The notes below the pieces were generated by a model. The model was not told the origin of the DNA and made no database searches. It was given only the letters and a program-made list of their open reading frames with translations. 26,342 nt of DNA from NCBI GenBank assembly GCA_018675825.1, contig JABGXK010000130.1, positions 1 to 26,342 of the forward strand, given 5' to 3'. Made by a program: the position numbers and the translations under genes. Numbering within the stretch: position 1 is the stretch's first letter; every line of letters starts with the position of its first letter. The stretch comes from Flavobacteriales bacterium. GTDB taxonomy: Bacteria > Bacteroidota > Bacteroidia > Flavobacteriales > BACL11. Below are positions 17,933 to 23,878 of this stretch, piece after piece.

Positions 17933-19813
17933 ATGTGTGGAATAGTAGCATATGTAGGAGGTAGAAGAGCTTTTCCAATTTTGATAAAAGGTCTTCAGCG
18001 ACTTGAATATAGAGGCTATGACAGTGCTGGAGTTGGATTGATAAACGATAAAAAAATCATAACTTATAAACAAGCTGGAAAAGTATCTGATCTTTTAGAA
18101 TTTATAGGAGATAGTGATACAAGTGGATCAATTGGTATTGGACATACACGATGGGCGACTCATGGCCCTCCTAGTCAAATAAACTCTCATCCTCATTCTT
18201 CTTCAAATTCTCAATTTTCTTTAATTCATAATGGTATTATTGAGAATTATTCTTCACTTAAGAAAGTTTTAGAAGAAAAGGGACATGTTTTTAAAAGTGA
18301 TACTGATTCAGAGGTTTTAATGCATTTAATTGAAGATGTATATAACAATGGAAATGATTTAGTTGATGACCCTAAATGGGATGATGATGATGATAACACC
18401 TTATTTAAAGCAATTAGAGTAGCATTAAACGAAGTAGTTGGAGCTTACGCTATCGTTGTATTAGAAGAGGGAAATCCAAATGAATTTTATGCTGCTAGAA
18501 AAGGCTCTCCTCTAGTAATAGGAATAGGGAATAGTGAGTATTTTGTAGCATCTGATGCTTCTCCAATAATAGAGTATACTGATAAAGTTATATATTTAGA
18601 AGACGGTGAGGTAGCTAAATTAAATAAGAATCAGGATGTTGTTATTAAGACTATTTTAAATGAAGATAAGAGTCCATATATACAGAAGCTTGAGCAGAGT
18701 TTAGAGTCAATTGAAAAAGGTGGTTTTGATCACTTTATGCTAAAAGAGATATTTGAACAGCCCAAAAGTATTACTGATACCATGAGAGGTAGGATTAATC
18801 CTAAAACAAATGATATTATTTTAGGAGGTATTAAAGAATTTGAATCGCAGATAGTAGCTGCAGAAAGAATAATAATTATTGCTTGTGGCACTTCGTGGCA
18901 TGCAGGATTGATAGGAGAATATATTATTGAAGATTTAGCAAGAATCAACGTTGAAGTTGAGTATGCTTCAGAATTTCGTTATAAGAATCCGATTCTAACA
19001 AATAAGGATATTGTAATAGCTATTTCTCAATCTGGTGAAACTGCAGATACATTATCTGCTTTAGAAATTGCTCAAGAAAAAGGGGCTTTAACACTTGGTA
19101 TTTGCAATGTTGTTGGATCATCTATTACTAGAGTAACATCAGGTGGAGTATACACGCACGCTGGTCCTGAAATTGGGGTAGCTTCAACAAAAGCTTTTAC
19201 TGCTCAAGTTACTGTTCTGTCTTTAATTGCCCTTCGTTTCTGCCAGCTTAAAAAGACAGTTCCTAGAGGAAATTATAATTTCTTAATCAAAGAACTTATT
19301 GAAATTCCTAAAAAAATTGAAAAATTATTATCTCTTAATAAAGATATTATGAAAATTGCAATGGTATTTAAAGATGCAAGTAATTTTCTTTATTTAGGTA
19401 GAGGATTTAATTTCCCAGTTGCATTAGAGGGGGCTCTAAAATTAAAAGAAATATCATACATACACGCTGAGGGTTATCCAGCTGCTGAGATGAAACACGG
19501 TCCAATTGCTTTGATTGATGAAGAAATGCCAATTGTTGTGATTGCAACACGCAAAGAAAATTATGAAAAAATAATAAGTAATATTCAGGAGGTAAAAGCT
19601 AGAGGTGGAAAATTAATAGCAATTGTTACAGAAGGAGATATAGAAGTTAAGTCAATTGCTGATTACTGTATTGAGATCCCTAAATGTTTTAGAGAACTTA
19701 CTCCATTAATTAACATTATACCTCTCCAATTATTATCATACCATATTGCTTTAATGAGAAATTGTGATGTTGATCAACCAAGAAATCTAGCTAAGAGTGT
19801 TACGGTAGAGTAG
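17933..19813 (+). CDS. glmS: Glutamine--fructose-6-phosphate transaminase (isomerizing)
   Basis: MCGIV, GHTRWATHG, SQSGETAD, EGALKLKE and PRNLAKSVTVE motifs. Confidence 0.98.
   Translation: MCGIVAYVGGRRAFPILIKGLQRLEYRGYDSAGVGLINDKKIITYKQAGKVSDLLEFIGDSDTSGSIGIGHTRWATHGPPSQINSHPHSSSNSQFSLIHNGIIENYSSLKKVLEEKGHVFKSDTDSEVLMHLIEDVYNNGNDLVDDPKWDDDDDNTLFKAIRVALNEVVGAYAIVVLEEGNPNEFYAARKGSPLVIGIGNSEYFVASDASPIIEYTDKVIYLEDGEVAKLNKNQDVVIKTILNEDKSPYIQKLEQSLESIEKGGFDHFMLKEIFEQPKSITDTMRGRINPKTNDIILGGIKEFESQIVAAERIIIIACGTSWHAGLIGEYIIEDLARINVEVEYASEFRYKNPILTNKDIVIAISQSGETADTLSALEIAQEKGALTLGICNVVGSSITRVTSGGVYTHAGPEIGVASTKAFTAQVTVLSLIALRFCQLKKTVPRGNYNFLIKELIEIPKKIEKLLSLNKDIMKIAMVFKDASNFLYLGRGFNFPVALEGALKLKEISYIHAEGYPAAEMKHGPIALIDEEMPIVVIATRKENYEKIISNIQEVKARGGKLIAIVTEGDIEVKSIADYCIEIPKCFRELTPLINIIPLQLLSYHIALMRNCDVDQPRNLAKSVTVE
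18380..18394 (+). repeat. (GAT)5 in-frame microsatellite within an acidic insertion of GlmS
   Basis: gatgatgatgatgat encoding DDDDD. Confidence 0.8.
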
Positions 19814-19833
19814 TGGCGTATTTTAGGTAATAT

Positions 19834-20076
19834 CTATTCAGTTTGTTTGGTTACTTTGTAGTTAGTTTCTTGTAAACCACCAGGTCGATTCCATTTAACT
19901 TTCTTAATATTTTCAATTTCAGAATGTTTAACACAGTACGTATTAACAGATTCTTTATTTTTCAAGTAGAAGATTTCTTTATAGTCTTCTTTTTCATATT
20001 TGTGGTGGTTAAGTTTTGTATCAATGATACTTCCTCCAAATAACGAAAATGATATAACAAATAGAATTTCTAACAT
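19834..20076 (-). CDS. Hypothetical 80-aa protein with N-terminal hydrophobic anchor or signal
   Basis: ORF with its own TATATTTG box 4 nt upstream; a homologous fragment at 20208-20354 supports real coding ancestry. Confidence 0.7.
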   Translation of the reverse strand: MLEILFVISFSLFGGSIIDTKLNHHKYEKEDYKEIFYLKNKESVNTYCVKHSEIENIKKVKWNRPGGLQETNYKVTKQTE

Positions 20077-20080
20077 ATTT

Positions 20081-20088
20081 CAAATATA
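20081..20088 (-). promoter_or_regulatory. -7 box (TATATTTG) for the 80-aa gene
   Basis: Exact match 4 nt before the ATG at 20076. Confidence 0.6.
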
Positions 20089-20104
20089 TAAAAATTATTT
20101 ATTT

Positions 20105-20170
20105 TCATAAATCATTATATCTTTTTTTGTGTATTAGTCCGGGTAACTCTTCAATTGTGAAGTTTGCCAT
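20105..20170 (-). CDS. Putative 21-aa small ORF MANFTIEELPGLIHKKRYNDL
   Basis: ATG preceded by an A-rich leader and a TATATTTG box 24 nt upstream; no recognisable homology. Confidence 0.3.
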   Translation of the reverse strand: MANFTIEELPGLIHKKRYNDL

Positions 20171-20194
20171 AATTTTATTTTTTGATTATTTACT

Positions 20195-20202
20195 CAAATA
20201 TA
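20195..20202 (-). promoter_or_regulatory. Second -7 box (TATATTTG)
   Basis: Exact match; part of the duplicated promoter module. Confidence 0.5.
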
Positions 20203-20207
20203 CTAAT

Positions 20208-20354
20208 TCATAAAGATTCATAAATTATTATGTCTTTCACAACAGTTTTGAGATTGTACTTTGAAAAAGTGGTTACTTTGTAGATAGTTTTTTGTCCACC
20301 ATTAGGATCATGATACTTTATTTTCTTAATATTTTCCAATTTAGAATATCCCAT
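20208..20354 (-). pseudogene. 48-aa ORF: truncated paralog of the C-terminal part of the 80-aa protein
   Basis: MGYSKLENIKKIKYHDPNGGQKTIYKVTTFSKYNLKTVVKDIIIYESL; residues 3-28 align gaplessly (15/26 identical) with HSEIENIKKVKWNRPGGLQETNYKVT. Confidence 0.65.
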
Positions 20355-21600
20355 CAATAATTTCTACCTTACTTTTATGCATAAATCCATAATTTCCTTT
20401 GTAGCAAATTATCCACCAAGAATCATTTTTAGAAGGATTTATTACTTTAAACTCTTGATCATCATTTATTTCAAAGAGTATTTTTGATTTAGAGTTTGGT
20501 TCATTCCTGACATTTGTATAGCCATCAGCATCATTAATAATAGCTAATCTAAAAAATTCATGATTCTCTTCTTGCATATGAAATTCTTTAGCGTCTAAAA
20601 GTTGCTTTTCATATTCATTATAAGCATCTTTAACAAAAGAAACTTTCACTAAAATATTACACTCAGATTTTTCACCTGTTTGATAGTCTTCTAACCAATT
20701 TCTCTTAATATAGTTAGCTTTAATAGTCTTTCCTTCTATACCTTCAGTGTCGATTGAAATAGTAGTAAAGTCATCTGGGGTATAAAATGACTTAATGTAT
20801 AATTTGAATTCCTCACCTGCAATGTTTTTACAAAGAAGACTATAATTACCATCATACATTAATATCTGTTTTACAACTACAACTTCTTCATACTCATCAT
20901 CTGTACCAATAAGATCGTCCATTTCAGTAACTATAATAGTCTCACTCATAATAACCTCCTCTACCAAAGGCTTGTTAAGATCAACTCTGTCAAAAGTCAC
21001 TCCTTTATTATTTGTCAAGTAAGAATAATCATCGCTAAAAACCCAACTTACAGCTATATTGCTAGCAGAAATAATACCCTCTATATTTTTATTATCAATA
21101 GTATTCCATGATCCAGATAAATCAAATAATTTACTAAAATCTTCTGAGTTGTTTTGGCCATTCATTGAGTATGAAGCTATTCTAAAAATTAAATCATCAA
21201 AAGCTAGTGTCACATAAATCTGAGCTTCAGTATTTATAGACTCCCAAATATAGCCATTTGAGGTTCCAATCTCTGGTGTTAATTTATTGTTTTGGTCAAT
21301 AGCTTCAATTCCACTTTCTTTTGATCCTGTGCATCTTTCTACCAATTCATCCCATTTTACACTTATATTAGGGTTTTTTGACATGTTTATTTTTTCCCAG
21401 TTTTCAACTCCGATTTCTCTACTAATAGCATCCCTACAAGCAACTTCATTATCAATCATGAATTTGGAATTTCCTGGTTCTAAAAGGCATTTACAGACAT
21501 CAATATCAGATTCTAGCTGATTAGTTTGATTTTTTTTGTTTTCAGTTGAGCAGCTAAATACAAATACGCTTGCTAAAAATAATAATGATATTTTGTTCAT
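20341..21600 (-). CDS. Modular lipoprotein with a C-terminal bacterial SH3 (SH3b) domain
   Basis: Lipobox VFSC; C-terminal AIINDADGYTNVRNEPNSKSKIL...WW....GFMHKSKV resembles SH3_3/SH3b. Confidence 0.75.
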   Translation of the reverse strand: MNKISLLFLASVFVFSCSTENKKNQTNQLESDIDVCKCLLEPGNSKFMIDNEVACRDAISREIGVENWEKINMSKNPNISVKWDELVERCTGSKESGIEAIDQNNKLTPEIGTSNGYIWESINTEAQIYVTLAFDDLIFRIASYSMNGQNNSEDFSKLFDLSGSWNTIDNKNIEGIISASNIAVSWVFSDDYSYLTNNKGVTFDRVDLNKPLVEEVIMSETIIVTEMDDLIGTDDEYEEVVVVKQILMYDGNYSLLCKNIAGEEFKLYIKSFYTPDDFTTISIDTEGIEGKTIKANYIKRNWLEDYQTGEKSECNILVKVSFVKDAYNEYEKQLLDAKEFHMQEENHEFFRLAIINDADGYTNVRNEPNSKSKILFEINDDQEFKVINPSKNDSWWIICYKGNYGFMHKSKVEIIDGIF

Positions 21601-21697
21601 TTCTATAAATTAAGTGAATAATTAATGATACTATTAAATTGTATTTTATCTTTCTACGCTTAATAGAAATACATTTTAAAATACTTTTATCTTAACT

Positions 21698-22090
21698 TTA
21701 TAAGTTTTTCTTAATTAATTTGGGGACATTATCTACAATTGCTAGTGATAATAATATCATTAGAACATCTAATAAGTCAAAAGTTCCTATATCAAAGAAT
21801 ATTTGTAAAAACTCAAGAAATACAAACCAAGAACTTAGTATAATTAATTTTTTTCTTTTCAACAGAAAACCTTTTGCTAAAAGCATAAATCCTAGATAAA
21901 AAAGAAAATCTATCAAGTAAAACTTAATAAAGTTGTTTTCTAATGGAATAAGTGTTCCATAATTTACACCTAATAATCTAAAAGCTATGATTTGATCTGT
22001 ATTTCTAAAAAAAACATATATCAGTAGCGCTAGAAATAGAAGTAGTAATGCAAGAAATACAACTCTATAATTAATTTTAGGTATTTCTAT
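21698..22090 (-). CDS. About 130-aa multi-TM protein resembling VanZ-like/DUF2809 proteins (no canonical start at the 5' end)
   Basis: The frame is stop-free from 22090 to 21698: IEIPKINYRVVFLALLLLFLALLIYVFFRNTDQ...YLIDFLFYLG...LEFLQIFFDIGTFDLLDV. The ORF track shows only the last 72 aa. Confidence 0.55.
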   Translation of the reverse strand: MEIPKINYRVVFLALLLLFLALLIYVFFRNTDQIIAFRLLGVNYGTLIPLENNFIKFYLIDFLFYLGFMLLAKGFLLKRKKLIILSSWFVFLEFLQIFFDIGTFDLLDVLMILLSLAIVDNVPKLIKKNL

Positions 22091-22293
22091 TTACCTGTTC
22101 CGTTACAAAATGAACATGTGTTTTCTCCATTTCCATTGCAAAATGTACAATTATAATCATTTGCACAATAGATACAATCAGATTTACCTGTTCCATCGCA
22201 ATAAATACAGCCTCCAGATCCTCCAGATCCTAGTGTTAAAGCACCAGAAGCAATTATCATACATCCAAATAGGTAGTTTTTGAATTTTTTCAT
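22087..22293 (-). CDS. 68-aa protein: signal peptide or anchor, GSGGSGG linker, DnaJ-type CxxCxGxG zinc finger
   Basis: CIYCDGTG, CIYCANDY, CTFCNGNG and CSFCNGTG; 8 Cys in the C-terminal 40 aa. Confidence 0.75.
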   Translation of the reverse strand: MKKFKNYLFGCMIIASGALTLGSGGSGGCIYCDGTGKSDCIYCANDYNCTFCNGNGENTCSFCNGTGK

Positions 22294-22322
22294 ATTTCGA
22301 AATTTAGTTTATTATTTTACCT

Positions 22323-22330
22323 CAAATTTA
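22323..22330 (-). promoter_or_regulatory. -7 box (TAAATTTG) for the zinc-finger / VanZ-like pair
   Basis: Exact match 29 nt before ATG 22293. Confidence 0.5.
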
Positions 22331-22417
22331 AAATATATATTAATAAATAAGTAAAACTGATTAATTCTTAATGCAACTCATTTGCGTTTTTTGTTATTTA
22401 TGATAGAAAAATTTTGC

Positions 22418-23233
22418 TTAATTTTCTTGATTACTAGATTCATTCATGATGATTTGATAATTGTTTAAAATTGCACCAACTAACAAGTTTAGTAATAGAA
22501 AGGCTGATACTACATACCAGAGTACATGAAAAAAAGTAATGATCCATGGTGGGGCAACAACCAAACCTTTATTGCTAGCATCTATTAAATTATATCTAAT
22601 ATCGGTCCAGTCTTCACCTGTTAAAACTCTAAATAAAGTAAACATAGTCTCACTAAGATTACCATATGGATCTGGTGATACTACAGGTGCATTTGGCGTG
22701 TCTTTGAAATACTCTAATAAAGTTATTTTTGTTTTATCATCTGCATTCTCTACAGTCGGAAGTTTAAACAACGAAACTCCAATAATTCCAAATAGATACA
22801 TGAAAATTAGAAAAAATATAAAGTTATAAAAGAGAGCGTTGAGTGATTTCCATAATACCGCTACGATAAGCTTTATTCCTTTATTTGATTTTAATAAACG
22901 CATAACTCTAAATACCCTTAAGATCCTTAGAGTTGTTATTGTTCCTGCATTTTCAAAAAGAGTCTCTGGAACTAAACAAATTAGCACAATAGATAGATCA
23001 AAGCAATTCCATCCACTTTTAAAATACTCACTATTATTTTTGCTTGCTGAATATCTAATAATTATTTCCAAAACAAAAATTATTAGTGCTATAAGCTGAA
23101 TTAGTTGAATTAATGAGTTTGTGAAATATGTTTCAACACCAATAAGAGCACAATTAATTAAAATTACCAGTAATATAGATTGCTCAAACCTATCAGATAA
23201 GATTAATTTTTGGCAAATTCTTTTCATAATCAA
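22418..23233 (-). CDS. Single-domain 6-TM voltage-gated cation channel (Ion_trans; BacNav/Cav-like), filter TGEDWTD
   Basis: S1 INC, S2 LEIIIR, S3 WNCFD, S4 RILRVFRVMRLLK, P-helix TLFRVLTGEDWTD, S6 LLLNLLVGAI. Confidence 0.92.
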   Translation of the reverse strand: MIMKRICQKLILSDRFEQSILLVILINCALIGVETYFTNSLIQLIQLIALIIFVLEIIIRYSASKNNSEYFKSGWNCFDLSIVLICLVPETLFENAGTITTLRILRVFRVMRLLKSNKGIKLIVAVLWKSLNALFYNFIFFLIFMYLFGIIGVSLFKLPTVENADDKTKITLLEYFKDTPNAPVVSPDPYGNLSETMFTLFRVLTGEDWTDIRYNLIDASNKGLVVAPPWIITFFHVLWYVVSAFLLLNLLVGAILNNYQIIMNESSNQEN

Positions 23234-23272
23234 ATTATTTCAACAATAATATAGGATTTTAGTATAATTAGA

Positions 23273-23569
23273 CTAAAAATCACCTTCTTTTATAAATATA
23301 CCATCAGACATTTTTCCTTTACGATCTTTTATGTCATTCCATGCCCTCTCAAGGCACTCTTGAAGACTTAAATTATTTCTTTCTGCAATATTAATTAGCA
23401 CTACAATCATGTCTCCAATATCATCCGCAATATCTTTCCCCCTACAAATGTTATCACTTAATTCACCTGCCTCTTGCATTAGCTTGCAAAACTGGTCTTT
23501 GTCACTTGCGCCTTCAATTAGATTTCTATCGTAGTGCCATTGGGCAACTTTTTCTATTAGATTGTTCAT
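23273..23569 (-). CDS. MazG-like all-alpha nucleoside triphosphate pyrophosphohydrolase
   Basis: WHYDRNLIEG, KLMQEAGEL, DDIGDMIVVL and AWNDIKDRKGKM..GIFIKE match the short MazG-like family common in phages and marine bacteria. Confidence 0.85.
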   Translation of the reverse strand: MNNLIEKVAQWHYDRNLIEGASDKDQFCKLMQEAGELSDNICRGKDIADDIGDMIVVLINIAERNNLSLQECLERAWNDIKDRKGKMSDGIFIKEGDF

Positions 23570-23573
23570 GTTT

Positions 23574-23771
23574 TTAATTATTTTTTTTTGCTAAAAAAAA
23601 GTATAAAACGAAACCTGATAAGAGAGCATACCATCCTTTACGACTTCCTTTAAATATCTCTTCAAAATTCACAAAATCAAATCCAGATTCATTTAACCAT
23701 GATAATACCGCAAACATGATTCCAAAGCTTGAAAGTAATAACCATAAAACCTTACCTATTTTATTTTCCAT
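23574..23771 (-). CDS. 65-aa hypothetical 2-TM membrane protein
   Basis: Two hydrophobic helices with basic termini, its own TATATTTG box, and a 4-nt gap to the MazG-like gene. Confidence 0.7.
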   Translation of the reverse strand: MENKIGKVLWLLLSSFGIMFAVLSWLNESGFDFVNFEEIFKGSRKGWYALLSGFVLYFFLAKKNN

Positions 23772-23786
23772 TTATTTTATATCTAA

Positions 23787-23794
23787 CAAATATA
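23787..23794 (-). promoter_or_regulatory. -7 box (TATATTTG) for the 2TM / MazG / channel unit
   Basis: Exact match 15 nt before ATG 23771. Confidence 0.6.
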
Positions 23795-23846
23795 AATATT
23801 TTTGTAAGATATTTTATTTTTTTCTTTATTTTTTTATTATATATTA

Positions 23847-23854
23847 TAAATTTG
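23847..23854 (+). promoter_or_regulatory. -7 box (TAAATTTG) for the 194-aa ORF
   Basis: Exact match 24 nt before TTG 23879. Confidence 0.5.
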
Positions 23855-23878
23855 CAGTAATTCAATAATTATATAGAT

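Larger units (their letters stand above)
20104..20237. repeat. 21-bp direct repeat (20104-20124 and 20217-20237; 19/21 identical), each copy upstream of a TATATTTG box
   Basis: ttcataaatcattatatcttt vs ttcataaattattatgtcttt, lying 15 and 14 nt upstream of the minus-strand boxes at 20081-20088 and 20195-20202. Confidence 0.7.

Noticed and set aside
21641-21684. Nested inverted repeats (gtatttta...tttcta-tagaaa...taaaatac) upstream of the SH3 lipoprotein
   Set aside because: Bulged, nearly all A/T stem without a clear U-tract; too weak to call.
22370-22392. Hairpin AATGCAA-CTCAT-TTGCGTT plus T-tract downstream of the channel gene
   Set aside because: The terminator-like orientation is on the plus strand, where no gene ends; on the coding (minus) strand the stem has a C-A mismatch and no U-tract.
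19814-23878. Intact Tn7 element or integron cassette array
   Set aside because: No tns genes, no integron integrase, no TGT...ACA ends near the expected site, and no RYYYAAC/GTTRRRY attC pairs that I could support.
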